Of a stretch of 64,000 nt of DNA, positions 42,801 to 54,473 are shown piece after piece; the first letter of the stretch is position 1, and every line of letters starts with the position of its first letter. A program made the translations under genes and the position numbers. This DNA comes from a virus (lineage: Duplodnaviria > Caudoviricetes), in IMG/VR virus record IMGVR_UViG_3300018495_000076, positions 1 to 64,000 of that record; one strand, 5' to 3'. The notes under the pieces are model-generated. The model was not told the DNA's origin. It saw only the letters and a program-made list of their open reading frames with translations, and did no database searches.

Positions 42801-44834
42801 CATCAGTTCATAACCTGTGGTGCTATCCTCAACTGCGTCTTCAATATGTGCAATAGAACACTCATCTCCATACCACAGATTGCTAAGTGCCTCACGAAGT
42901 CCATTTGAAGTTTTTAACGCTGGATGTTTCATATTAATTCTCCTCCTCATTGTATACTGTTTCTACAAAATCCCACATCATATCCCAATCGTGATTGAAT
43001 GCAGAATCACAACCAAGCCATTCACTGTAAAGGAACTGAAGTGGACGAGAGAAGCTGCTGAGCCATTCATATATATTCTCGTAATCCTCAAATTCATGAT
43101 AATTGCTCATGAACATTTCATAATAGGACTCGTAAAATCCTATTCTGTACCAATGTTCATAGGCATTTACACCAATGTTTGCCTTAAATTCCTCTCGTTC
43201 TCTTTTGATGTTGTTAATAAAAATTTCGTAGCAAGTCATATTAGTTTTCCTCCTTATTCAAATCTCTTACTCGTTCATTCAGCAATTGCAATGCAACTGT
43301 GAAACTTACATGATAATGTCCATAGTTCAAACTTACTCTGCCTCCAAACACACTTGCAGTCCATACTACATACTGACCATCAAAGTATTGACTCGGCTTG
43401 ATGTATTTGCCGACCACCATAAAGAGTTTATCTTCCTCATCAGGATGGTTATTCAGCTTGCATACAAAAATGGGTTTGCAGTTCAATTCCTCTACTTTTG
43501 CAGTGATTGCACAGTAAGTTTCTGCGGAAATGGTTGTGAAATCTTCGTTGTACTTTTTCATGGTTTATATCTCCAAGTATTTATATTCCCCGTATATCTC
43601 CGATAGGGCAGAGAATTTTGATTTAATTAGCCGACCAACTGCTCCATGTAAATGCCATCATCATCTTCGGATGTCATGACATATTGCAAAACTTCTTCAC
43701 TGTCAGTGTCAACAAACTTGATATTGATATAAGTGTTGGGTACAAAATCGTCGAATATTTGCTTATCGACTTTTATTTTTCCCGTATTCATATCACATTC
43801 AAGTAATTCTGCCTTTTCAAGATCAATGTCTGCGTGAATATTATCAGATTCGTCCACTTCGATGTGATAGAAATTTTCATCACAATGATAACAGGTATAT
43901 GCATAACCTGCCACATCTGACGGAGCAAGGTCTTTGCCACATTTGGGGCATTTTCTGATACGATCACTTTCGTACTTGTCCACAAGAATTCTGTTAGGAT
44001 AATCCTCGTGGTAGTACAATTCCAACTCCGTAGAAGTAGTTGTGTTCAAGCAAATTGGAGTGCCGAGTTCAACGGCTTTTTCTTTAAGTTTGTTGAAAGC
44101 CTCAATGATATCTTCGTGTGTTGTGAGTTTGTTGAGATTGATTTCCTCCTTGTTCTTTAACATCTCTTCAAGTACCTCAAGATATGCTTTATAGTGCTCA
44201 ATATTTTTTTCTGCAAACTCAGAGATACCAAGCACAATTTCCTCGTTTGATATCGTGCCTTTGATGTCATAAATTTCTGCACGAACTTCGTCACAAGTTA
44301 ATTCATCGAGGTTGGCTTTGCCTGTCGCTTCCAACAATTGGTTAAGCCAACACTCGATAAATTCTTGTGTTTCGGCGTCATCCATCAAGCCTTGCAAAAA
44401 ATCATTGTCATCATCATATTCCTCCTCTTCATCTTCAAACCCCTCGTCAAAACACAGTAAGCCTGCCGGTTCATATCCATAAAACTCTGCAAGAGCAATA
44501 AGTGCTTGCTTGGGTTCGTAGGTTATCTTGTTAAAATTGCTTGTTTCTGTGTGTCTGCCGTCAGTTACAATTACGGTGTTGTCTTCAAATGTGATAGTAA
44601 TAGTTTTCATATATAAATCCTTTCTGCTCGTTTATGTCCGTAATCGCCCAGACATTTTGTTTTGTTAATGCTTTTGAATCATATATCCCAAACCAAAGAA
44701 GTTCATTGCCGTATCAAGGCAACGGAATTGCCATGCTTCTTTTTCATTTTCAGTATGGATAGGATAGCCGTATTCATCTGTTCCAGATATGTACAGCCAT
44801 TTTCCCTTATTCCGTTTACATACAGTCCAATAAG

Positions 44835-45287
44835 TCAGAATTGCTTCCTCCTTGATCTCTCTGATCTATCCAAACATTCTTGCAGTCGTACCTTTTTGCC
44901 AAGTCTTTTATCTCGCTCCCCTTTCTGAATGCGAGTTGCCTTGCCTGTTTCTTGCAGACGGTTTGGCATATCGTACTTATATGCAAGGTGATGCATGTGC
45001 TTAGAGTAATTACTTTCTGTTGTTCGAGCATTGTTGCAGAGTTCAAATTTCTCTTTGTACTCTGCTATGCTCATATTGTGAAACTCTCTCACATGAGAAC
45101 CGAGCCGTTTGTATGCTCGTCCACACATATGGCAGATTACATAGCCACGGTGGTCATGCTCAATTTTACCTTTTGGTGGGATGGGATTATCAGTTCCTCC
45201 TTTGAGGTAGTAGAGATAACAGCCTTGGCATGTTGTCCCCGGGTAAACTTTGGTTGGAATTACTTTTCCGCATTTTGTGCATTGCAT
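44835..45287 (-). CDS. Ros/MucR-type zinc-finger protein
   Basis: ICHMCGRAYKRLGSHVREFHNMSIAEYKEKFEL. Confidence 0.65.
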   Translation of the reverse strand: MQCTKCGKVIPTKVYPGTTCQGCYLYYLKGGTDNPIPPKGKIEHDHRGYVICHMCGRAYKRLGSHVREFHNMSIAEYKEKFELCNNARTTESNYSKHMHHLAYKYDMPNRLQETGKATRIQKGERDKRLGKKVRLQECLDRSERSRRKQF

Positions 45288-47378
45288 TTTTGTGCCTCCT
45301 TGAAATCATCGACAATCTGCCATAGCCAAGCGGCAAATTTGTCGTAGTTTTTGATGGGTTCGTCGTAGGATTTGTGCTGTTTGGTTTTGTAGTCGTACTC
45401 ACATTTATGTTGAGTGAGTTTATCGACAACTTCGTAACCGATACTGTCTACAAGGATGAAGCGCTTGTTGTCTACATCCACATAGAATGTAAACGAGTTT
45501 CGTGCATTTCTCAGTATAAACCCATCACCACTATAATCCGACCTAAATCTGTAACTTCCAAATTCCTTATTGTGCTTAAAACTATTATCAATGGACAATT
45601 CCTCATTTTCCCAATAAGGCACAATTCCGTACTTCTTGGCATTGTCAATCATGAATTGCTTGAGTGGTTTCATATCAGGGATTCCTTGAGGATATTCACA
45701 GAAGAAGCAATCATTCTTTTCTCTGAAGAGAATAGGCTTTTCTTCGATGTCGTGAACACACTTCTTGTTGTACTTTGGTATATAAGCACAAGAAATTTGA
45801 TACACTCTCTTCTCATTGACAATGGAAATTTTCTTGTTGCCATCTTTAACTTCTTGCACATCACGGCTTGACTCCTCTTTGAGCAGAGTGTGTTCATGGA
45901 ACCACCAGCATCCATCACACTGATTGATTTTCGCTCTCTCCTCGGCAATTGCCTCAGCCACCTCGTCATAAGTGCCTTGCTTAACAGAAGAGCAATAAAA
46001 TGCTCCAAGACGAATGTCGTCAATGATGTATTTGACCTCTTTATCCATGATTCGTTTTCCGTCTGTTGTGTTGTATTGATTGCTGAAAATATGGGTTGTA
46101 TCAACCTCTTTAATTTCTCCGTTGCGCAGTACAAGTTTCATCATTTTAATTCCTCCTTTACCAAATATCTCTCATTGCTTTAATCTGTTCCTCGGTAAAG
46201 CACCTACGAACATCATTGTATTCCTTGACGACAGCATTATATGTGTTGATAAGATTTGTCATATCCTCAACACAGTGGATTTCATATCCGAACTCATGCA
46301 TAAAATCATCTATACTTCCGACATCGTACTTTTCCAAGCATGAGAGTATGTCGTACTCAGTGGGTTTTATGTTTGCTTCCGTGTTATGTCGGCTATCATA
46401 AAAATTCCCAGTCATTTGACCTCTCTGTGTCTTGATGATAAATGTGTACATATTATGGTTGCCTTTGTCCCAAGTTACTTTGACTTTACCAATATATGTG
46501 ATACTCATTGTTGCAGGGCATGTGTTCAAAAATTCTCTTGCTTGGTTTTGATAATCAGTTGTCATTTTTTAATTCCTCCCGTTTTGTAACAAGTTTTGCT
46601 CTCAATTTAGTGAGCAATTGAATTGCGTCACATTGCTCATCCAATGTGTCGATATCATCCATTTCGATGATTGACAGCAATGCGTTATCAAGCAACTTGA
46701 TGTTTTTGTTCGTTGTCATGGTTGAGCTCCTCGCTTTCTTACAATGTGGCACAGAAGTTGGCTAATTTGTGCCACAAGTGGTATGTGTCCAAGGTCATCT
46801 TGATTTCCTCAGGCACACCGGTTCTCAGATACCAAGTGTAGGCTTGCTTGTGCAATCTGTAGCAAGCCTCAATCTCGGCTTCTGTGAATTGCTCCCTCAT
46901 GAGCCTTCTGCGCTTGCCAGTGTTCCATACGGCACGGCTCATTGTTTCGGCAACAACCGAATAAGGGATTTCCTTACGGATTTCGTCTGCATTAAAGCTG
47001 ATGTAAAGTTTCATAATTACACCTCCCTTCTTGCATTGTTGTCCACAATATCGTCAAACCAACGACTACCAACCTCAAAACGAGCCAAGGCAATTTTCAT
47101 GTGGTTGATGTTGGTTACGGATACGATTGTCAGATCGTTGGGATATGCATTGGCACCACGAAGACCGTAGGTTGCATTCATAAATTCTCCTGTGATGATG
47201 TGGAATGTTGGTTCTTGCCCATCGATTGTTGCCCCAAGATTAACAAGCCAATCCATTACGGCTTCAAAGTTTTCTTCTGCTGCAGTTAATCCCTCCCAAG
47301 TGAGGGCGCTCTGATTGTAGAGTGCCTCAAGTTGTGCTTTTGTGCATACATTAATTGTTTCCATTGTTAAATTCCTCC

Positions 47379-47873
47379 TTAATTTTCAGATATCAGTTTG
47401 TTAAGTTCTTTTCGTGCTTCGTCTCGCAAGGCAATTGCTTCTTGCAATTTTTGTTGGAGTTCCTCCATACGAGCCTTGTGCTGAAATTCCTCAATGTAAA
47501 TATCGTTCCGAAGTTCCTCAATGTGAGCGTCCTGCTTGTTGATTTGCTCGTTAGCATTACGCATTTTATTTTGTTTTGCTATCAGTTCGTCATAAGCCCT
47601 TGCCTTTTCGGCATTAGCACGGTTGGTTTCGGCAATTTCTTGCATGAATTCAAGTATTTCATCTGCATAGCAGAAGCGAAGTCCCTTTACAGTTTTCATA
47701 CGCTTGGTCAGTACCCACGAGATTGCACCAGAAGTAACCCCAATTGCTTTTGCTGCTTCTGCTACCGAAGCATAGAATGTGTTGGTTGTAATGCAGAATA
47801 CTGCTCTGCAATTTCTGTTGGTTTTGATTCCGTTAGCATTAATGGTTGCGATGTTCTGAAGTGTGATAGTCAT
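47379..47873 (-). CDS. NUMOD1-like HTH domain plus coiled coil
   Basis: YASVAEAAKAIGVTSGAISWVL..KTVKGLRF; helical C-terminus. Confidence 0.6.
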   Translation of the reverse strand: MTITLQNIATINANGIKTNRNCRAVFCITTNTFYASVAEAAKAIGVTSGAISWVLTKRMKTVKGLRFCYADEILEFMQEIAETNRANAEKARAYDELIAKQNKMRNANEQINKQDAHIEELRNDIYIEEFQHKARMEELQQKLQEAIALRDEARKELNKLISEN

Positions 47874-50693
47874 AGTTTTATACCTTCCTTTTGGCATTGT
47901 TGCCTTTTTTCTTTTGTGTTTTTTTGGTTTAGTTGCGAATAAGTTCGCTCGGTTCAATTGTTTCTTCGGTGAAGTCTTCAACATAAGCCCAATTGTGTTC
48001 ACCTCGTTCGTTATCAACGAGTTCACAATTGTATCCCTTTTGGCAGTTCTCCCATATGAAGTCTTGCACCTCATAGAAATTGTCGGTTTCAAGGCTGTCC
48101 ATAAGTCCAGCAAAGTTTGTGCACAGATACGCTTTAACGATGTATCTCATAGTCCGTTCCTCCTTTCATTAATGATCCCATTCAGGGAAATATGCAGACC
48201 AAACGGGAATGCCGTCATGGTCAAGATATACCATATGCATTGCAGGTTTCCATCCTGCATAGTTGACAATTTGCCCTTGCCAACAAATGCAGGTTACTCT
48301 TTCGTCGGTAAGGTCATCAAATGCGATTTTGCGGCTGACTTCCGTGAAGAACTTGTCCTTGCTTGTTTGCAGATGTACGATGTGCTCTTCGCCCTCGCAG
48401 TCGGTGTAGATATAAAAGCACGGCTTGTTAATTCGAGAAGCATAGATATGAGTAATTAATCCTTCTAGACAATTCTCAATTTTTTCAAGTTTTATGGTGT
48501 TATGCAGACCAATATCTCCATCCATGATGTCGTGTGCTTTTTGGTATTCGGCAAATATTTCACTCACTTTGTCATGGATCAGTTCTTTCAAGTCAAATTC
48601 CCTTTTGGGGCAGTCTTGAAAATCCTCCCATTCAAGAACCGTATAGCCGTTTTCTTTAGCAGACTGGATATCGCCCACTCTGCCGTCATTGAAGTAGTAG
48701 ACGGTTCTCTCTTTGTAATACTTACTCCAATTGTCTTTTCTGACATAGCTATCACCACTATGCCAAATTCTGCCGTTTTCGTGAAGGAGTGCACAAAATT
48801 CTTGTGCTGCTTCTTCTGTTTTGGTATGCATAACGAACTTTCCGTTTCTGTAATTTTCAATGTTAAATTTTTTCATTTTCTTAATTCCTTTCTTTAATGG
48901 TTTCCGTAACACACTTTGTTGTTCAATGTGTTACGGAAATGTTTGTTGTTGGTGTTGTGTAATTTTTGGTGTGATACTTAGAATCCGTTACGGTTGTATT
49001 TCCAACGGATATCGAGCACCTTGAACTGTGTCCAAGATTCCCATGCTTGCTTGAGTACATCTGTGCAGTTTTCAACGATATTACCCATTGTGAGTGATTT
49101 CCATCTGTAAATAATACCTTTTTGAGTGTTTTTCATTTGTAATTTCCTCCGTTTAAGTTGTTGTTAATTGTTTCCATAACCCATTATAAATCATTCTGTC
49201 GTGTAATGTGTTACGGAAATGTAAATTTTGTTTGTTACGCTATTGCTTTACCAAGCAGATCGTATCTCTGGTCCGCAGTCAGCTTGTCGTCGTTCATGAT
49301 CTCGTAGCATTTTACGAACACGATAAGATCATCAAATTCCTCACTGATATCGTTGATTAATTCTTCCTCATTGTTCACAACATCTCGATACTCATATGGA
49401 TCATAATCTTCCAAAAACTCATTGATTTGCTCGGCAAGATAACGTTTGTCGTTTTCCCTGAGTTCATCCCATATGTGGCTATAAGCGCCAATTCCGTAAA
49501 GATGTTGAACACCATCAATGGTTTTTATATCTTCGCCCTTCCAAATGTATGGCTCGTCGCAGTCATCATACTGGATGACGAATGCGTCAGCGTCCTCATC
49601 ATAAATCATTGGACTGTCATCGTTATGCCATTCGGACATAATTTTGAGTGCCTCATCAAATGTGAAGTACGGTGTCGCCCATCCATTCCACAAGTAGCCA
49701 CTTGTGTATCCGATGTATAAATGCCCTCCATCAATGTAGAATACTGATTTTTTCATAAAATTCCTCCTTATGCGACATTGCGCAGATTAAAAATGAAATT
49801 CAATGCGGCTTTACAAGTATCAAACAGATATATTGTGCCGTTTACGGTTACAAGATACTTGTTATCAACTTTCTTGAATGTGATTTTCATGGGTATAATT
49901 CCTTTCTCCCCGTATTGCCGATAGGTCAGCTTGTAAATTAGTCTTCGTTGTGTTCTCTTTCTTGCAGTTCGTCCAAGATGTCGAGTGCCTTGTTACGGCA
50001 TTCACCTTTGCCTACCATAACAAGTTCTTTTTTTGCAGACTCATAAAAGCCTGCACGAGCAAGGTCATACCATGCATGACCCCATGTTCTGTGGGTGTTG
50101 CAAATGTCCCACAAGCAGTCCTTGAGGTGTTCTGTACCCCAATAACCACTGTCGGCCTTTCCCTTCACGTAACCTTTTACTCTTGCGGAAAGTCTTGCCA
50201 TATATATACCTCCTTGCCACGACCTTAACTGCCCAATCGAGTGGGTTCAGTGGTTTATGTGGCTGTGCTTTATATGACTTGTGTGCTTGTTTAAGCCCAC
50301 AATGAAGCCCTTGACCATTTGCACAGTCAAGAGCTCGATGTAGGTTTAAGCATTACATGACGCGGCAAAGTGCATTGACACCGTTGTAAATCAAGCCGTC
50401 AATGCCGAGAAAATACTGTGTACCGTTCTTGTAGATGATGAACTTGTCAGGCTGACAAACAGAACCAAAGCCACACCATTCAATGCGACAATGTCTGCTT
50501 TTTGCAAGCTTGCACACTTTTGCGAACAATTCGTTGCATACAGCTTCTTGGGTACGCCAATTGCCATACATACGAACTTCATACAGTTCCTTGCAAAGTT
50601 CAATCATTTCGGTCGTTTTGTTGCCCATAAGAGCACGGATAGTTTTGTACATAAGTACCTCCGACAGTAGGTTGTCAGCCGTAAATTTTCACT

Positions 50694-50743
50694 GACAGTT
50701 TCGCTCTTGCTTGTCAGCGTCGGACTTTTACCGACGGACTGTC
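50694..50743 (-). ncRNA. Type III hammerhead-like element with core variant G8A (possibly inactive)
   Basis: GACAG-TC-CGTCGG-TAAAAGT-CCGACG-CTGACAA-GC-AAGA-GC-GAAA-CTGTC. Confidence 0.6.
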
Positions 50744-51306
50744 GTCATAAAACGGCTACACAATTGTAGCCGTTGTAAGTTATGCTCAATTGATGACTTC
50801 GACCTTTTTGACGATTGTGTAAAAGCTTTCGTCATAATCAGCCGAACTAACATTACGGACAGTTCCGTAAGGGGTTGTAAATCTAAACCCTGTTGTGGTC
50901 AATTCAAACAGCCCCGTAACTCCGTGCTCATTGTTGGGTTTTGTGTTACCATACATGACAAACATTTTGCCATCGTAATTTTTGCGAACCAAATACCAAT
51001 AAAGTTTCATAAATGACCTTTCTGCCCAAATGGACAATGCTCAATTTTTCTGCACGAGAGCTGGTGCAAATATTTAATGCCGTATGAGGGCTGGGATAGG
51101 GTTTGATTAACGGCTCAAACCCTTCAGAAAGCCGGTTACACATTACACTTCCGTAACTTCAAAATCCATCGGCTCATCCACAATGCTTTGATGCGCCAAC
51201 GCCCATGCAATCAGTTTTTCGACTGCCTCGTCTTCGTCATGTGCCTCAACTACATGTGTGGTGCATTCGGGCATAGGTGCAAAACTCCAATAACCTCTAA
51301 ATCTTT

Positions 51307-51675
51307 TCATGCTTGTACCTCCTTCAATTCCTTCTTTGCTTGTGCATATCTTGCTTCCCACTCTTTGCAGTAAGCAATTGTGTCTCGCAAATCTTGTGCC
51401 AATTCTGCGAGTTCGTCCGTGAAGTTTTCAGGTTCCCAGATTTCGGTGTCGAGCAATTTGCTCAGATCCCTATGTATACGAACACGAGTATCACGAGAAT
51501 TCATGATTGCCACGGTGTAGGCACACTTGAGGTGCATGAGTTCCTTTTCACGGCGGAGTTTGCCGTTGGGTGTGTCTTCAAGCACGAGTGCTTTGATGGC
51601 TTCACTTGCATAGAAGTAACATGTCGAAACTTCCAATTCCTCTGCCTTGCGAATTGCGTTCATAAATCTTTCCAT
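51307..51675 (-). CDS. Hypothetical early protein
   Basis: AGGAGG RBS; 122 aa. Confidence 0.7.
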   Translation of the reverse strand: MERFMNAIRKAEELEVSTCYFYASEAIKALVLEDTPNGKLRREKELMHLKCAYTVAIMNSRDTRVRIHRDLSKLLDTEIWEPENFTDELAELAQDLRDTIAYCKEWEARYAQAKKELKEVQA

Positions 51676-51821
51676 AACTTCCTCCTTCTGCCCGGCTCTT
51701 TCGAGCGTATGGAATTGGGCTGTAAAATTTTAATTGCCTTGCGGCTGGTAGAGCCTCGTTTTCGGTCGTAGGCTCTTAGTACCGAGTGTTTTACGTGTTA
51801 TCGCCTCACTGCCAAGGGTTA

Positions 51822-52469
51822 TTAGCCGAGCATATCCTCGGTCAAGCCATAGGTTTCAACTGCCTTTTTCCACTTAGGGGACTTCAGCAGACCCTCTTTT
51901 GCCTTGGGCATGAAGTCTTTGAGTTCCTCAGCAGACTTGCCCAGAACAGTGAATGTGGTTGCCGCTCCTCCGTTAGCAATGCTGTATGCACTTGCTGCAC
52001 GGTTCAGCACGGACATTTTCATTTTGTCGAGTGCCTTCTGGGCGGAGGGAGTGAGTTCCACCTTGGTTGCTTTCACTTCCTTGACCTCGGTTGCCGCCTT
52101 TGTGGGTGCGTCATTTCCTTTGCCCTTACGAGCATTGGACTTCTTGCTTCCCTTTTCGGACTTGCCATTTCCCTTGCTGTCGGTCTTAGGCTTGCTTTCC
52201 TTCGCCTGCTTGCTTGCTTCCTCAGGCTTGGGCTTACGGTTTGCCTTGTACTCATCTTCGCTCACGGAAGTAATTGCCTGAGCAACGAACTTCTTGGCAA
52301 GAGCAACCTTAGGGAACTCGGCCTTGAATCCGCCTACACCCTTGAGCACTGTGCCACCAAGGCTTTCAACGATGGCTTTGTTGCGTACATACAGGTCATG
52401 TGCCACATAACGATCTGCGGTTACGATGGTCTTGTTCTGTGTGAAGTTGATAGGTGTAAAGTTTGTCAT
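51822..52469 (-). CDS. Lys/Ala-rich hypothetical early protein
   Basis: AGGAGG RBS before ATG 52469; basic low-complexity linker. Confidence 0.75.
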   Translation of the reverse strand: MTNFTPINFTQNKTIVTADRYVAHDLYVRNKAIVESLGGTVLKGVGGFKAEFPKVALAKKFVAQAITSVSEDEYKANRKPKPEEASKQAKESKPKTDSKGNGKSEKGSKKSNARKGKGNDAPTKAATEVKEVKATKVELTPSAQKALDKMKMSVLNRAASAYSIANGGAATTFTVLGKSAEELKDFMPKAKEGLLKSPKWKKAVETYGLTEDMLG

Positions 52470-52545
52470 AATTAAACCTCCTTTGTGCCTTGTGCGCATA
52501 GGCTATGACATTGCGTGTACCTATGCAAGGCTATAATATTTTATT

Positions 52546-52612
52546 AGCCGTTAGCCGTGCTTATGCACGTTGCCCACCCTACACTATCGTGGAAGTCGGC
52601 TTGTTGTAGGGT
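52546..52612 (-). ncRNA. HDV-like self-cleaving ribozyme
   Basis: P1 ACCCTAC/GTAGGGT, P2 AGCCG/CGGCT, P3 ACT/AGT, L3 TCCACGAT, P1.1 CC/GG, GCAA, P4 CGTGC/GCACG, J4/2 GCTAA with catalytic C. Confidence 0.88.
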
Positions 52613-52645
52613 TAGGCAGTTTATACTCATACCCAGGAGTGTGTG

Positions 52646-52939
52646 TTAACCAAGACAACGAACCATGCGTTTGAAGATGTCAATGTCCTTGAAGGACTTG
52701 ATGTAGCCACTATGGATGTAAGTATCGTTATCACGAATGGATACCCATAACACACCGTTTTTCATTCTGTCTACTACCACGATGATCTTGCGCTCGTCAT
52801 CTTGGCGCACACCAAAGAAGTCGAACCATAGACACTCTCCTTCACGCTTGAGTGTGCGTCTATCGTATGTGAAGTACCTATCCACATAAGATACGAGTTT
52901 ATTGGTGTTTGTTCTGGAAACTTTGAAAAACATAATCAT
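52646..52939 (-). CDS. Hypothetical early protein
   Basis: AGGAG RBS before ATG 52939. Confidence 0.65.
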   Translation of the reverse strand: MIMFFKVSRTNTNKLVSYVDRYFTYDRRTLKREGECLWFDFFGVRQDDERKIIVVVDRMKNGVLWVSIRDNDTYIHSGYIKSFKDIDIFKRMVRCLG

Positions 52940-52966
52940 TCTCCTTTTGCCTATTGGCGTTAATGT

Positions 52967-53013
52967 GGCAATTCGCATGCACCCTCGCCTCGTGAAGGCT
53001 TGCCCATGAGGGT
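52967..53013 (-). ncRNA. Minimal (P4-less) HDV-like ribozyme
   Basis: P1 ACCCTC/GAGGGT, P2 GGCAA/TTGCC, P3 GCC/GGC, L3 TTCACGA, J4/2 GCGAA. Confidence 0.75.
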
Positions 53014-53055
53014 ATCCATTTTTACGAGTTGGAATTTCAAGCTATCTCGTGTGTG

Positions 53056-53304
53056 CTATAAGTTAGCGCATAATTGGCAAAGCAACTTGTTGACATAGCC
53101 TTGTGGGTACAAGGTTAATGTGTATTTGTCCCTACAAGCACCAATCAGTTCCTCGACATCCATGTCGTCGAATGCCCACACAATCTCGTGATTGCGTGTA
53201 ATGATACCGTTAATTTCGTCGTATGCGTCTACCACATATGCGTCACCAAAGCACCAATATCTTGTGCCCCAATTGTAGTTGACTTTTGCTATTTGCTTGT
53301 ACAT
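53056..53304 (-). CDS. Hypothetical early protein
   Basis: AGGAGAG RBS; 82 aa. Confidence 0.65.
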   Translation of the reverse strand: MYKQIAKVNYNWGTRYWCFGDAYVVDAYDEINGIITRNHEIVWAFDDMDVEELIGACRDKYTLTLYPQGYVNKLLCQLCANL

Positions 53305-53324
53305 AAATCATCTCTCCTTTGCAA

Positions 53325-53377
53325 TCCGTTTCGGCTCATGCCATCATCGGCTCATGGACTTTTACCACGAGGACGGA
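53325..53377 (-). ncRNA. Type III hammerhead ribozyme (U4C core variant)
   Basis: TCCG-TC-CTCGTGG-TAAAAGT-CCATGAG-CCGATGA-T-GGC-ATGA-GCC-GAA-ACGGA; GUC cleavage triplet. Confidence 0.75.
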
Positions 53378-53411
53378 AGGCAGTTTATGCTCGTGCCTGG
53401 GAGCGTAGGTG

Positions 53412-53729
53412 TTAGTGTGACACATGTGTGATAGTGTCGTCGGTAACATCGAATGTGTACTGCGTATCAAAGTACACGGTTACGAGTGTGCCGTTGTCAA
53501 GATTGGTGGTGTAGTCCCAAATGTGTCCATCAGCAGTGATTATTGTGCCGTCTTCGTAGTATGTGCCCTCTTGAGTGCGTTCGCCCATAAGCACACACCA
53601 ACAGTTCCAATCAGCATAGATGGGATTGTGGCGAGTGTTTTTGCATACCACCTCGATGGTGCTTACGAGCATCCATGCGAGGACGAGCACGAATACGAGT
53701 GTGAATGCGTTGCTGATAAATTTTTTCAT
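53412..53729 (-). CDS. Hypothetical protein with N-terminal membrane anchor
   Basis: MKKFISNAFTLVFVLVLAWMLV; AGGAG RBS. Confidence 0.7.
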   Translation of the reverse strand: MKKFISNAFTLVFVLVLAWMLVSTIEVVCKNTRHNPIYADWNCWCVLMGERTQEGTYYEDGTIITADGHIWDYTTNLDNGTLVTVYFDTQYTFDVTDDTITHVSH

Positions 53730-53782
53730 GGTTTTTCTCCTTTGCCCACTCACGAAATGGGACTTGTGAATTTTGTTTTAGG

Positions 53783-53850
53783 CGTGACTTCGGATGCATA
53801 AGCACCCAAACGCACTTGGCTTAACACGGTTTAGCCTCCCCAAGTGGAGG
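53783..53850 (-). ncRNA. Pistol self-cleaving ribozyme
   Basis: P1 CCTCC/GGAGG with loop ACTTGG; CTAAA; P2 CGTG/CACG; TTAAG; pseudoknot strand CCAAGT; GCGT; P3 TTGGGTGC/GCATCCGA; A-GU cleavage site. Confidence 0.9.
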
Positions 53851-53884
53851 GAGCAGTTTATGCACTTGCTCAGGTGCATGGGTG

Positions 53885-54409
53885 TTAGCGAACACTCTCC
53901 CAGTATGTCCAACCTTCAGAGCCAATCTGTGCAGACATGTTGTGCTTGCGAAGGACGGAAGCAACTGCCTTATTGGCTTCTCTGCCTTTGCCTGCATAGG
54001 TATCAATCCCAATCTGCCACTCAGCCTTGGTAGGCTTGGGATCACCCTTGCCAGCGGGTCTGCGAGCACGAAGCTTTGCCTTAGGCTTTTCTGCTTTGGG
54101 TTGTTCATCGGTTTCACTCTTGGGTGCCTCTGTGTGCATAGGGTAAAGCAATCCATCACTGTCGAAATGCCCAATGGCAGTCCACTGGAAGGTCTTCTCC
54201 TTCGTGCATTCGAGAGCGCAAAGCGTGTTCTCGTACTTTACGAGATTCCACAAAGCAACCTTGTTGGCATCCTTGCCACCTTTGATGGTGCTTGTTATGC
54301 ACACACATGTCTGGGTGTAGTATGCTTCGTTTGTGAAGCGAACTGCACCTGCTTTTTCTGCGGCTGTGTATGCGCCTGCGAGTGTCTTGTAAGTCTTGTT
54401 GGTTTTCAT
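53885..54409 (-). CDS. Hypothetical early protein (C-terminal W.YW.S.R domain, paralog 1)
   Basis: AGGAGG RBS; ends AGKGREANKAVASVLR...GWTYWESVR. Confidence 0.75.
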   Translation of the reverse strand: MKTNKTYKTLAGAYTAAEKAGAVRFTNEAYYTQTCVCITSTIKGGKDANKVALWNLVKYENTLCALECTKEKTFQWTAIGHFDSDGLLYPMHTEAPKSETDEQPKAEKPKAKLRARRPAGKGDPKPTKAEWQIGIDTYAGKGREANKAVASVLRKHNMSAQIGSEGWTYWESVR

Positions 54410-54473
54410 AGTACCTCCTTTGCCCATATGGGCGTGCTCGGTTTATGCACATGAACTGGTGCGTGAATTTTGT

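Larger units (their letters stand above)
30899..50201 (-). other. Array of ~55 short, mostly acidic hypothetical genes (phage accessory region)
   Basis: Tightly packed co-oriented ORFs, most with GGAGG-type RBS (e.g. 32817-33503, 35790-37067, 38493-39053, 43627-44610, 45260-46144, 48169-48912). Confidence 0.8.

Noticed and set aside
51785-51812. Hatchet ribozyme (ACGTAAAAC resembles its core)
   Set aside because: P3/P4 and the rest of the hatchet architecture are missing. Kept only as an orphan structured element.
52613-53878. preQ1 riboswitch or ToxI identity for the small pseudoknots
   Set aside because: They lack the conserved preQ1 loop nucleotides, are not tandem repeats, and have no neighbouring que or toxN gene.
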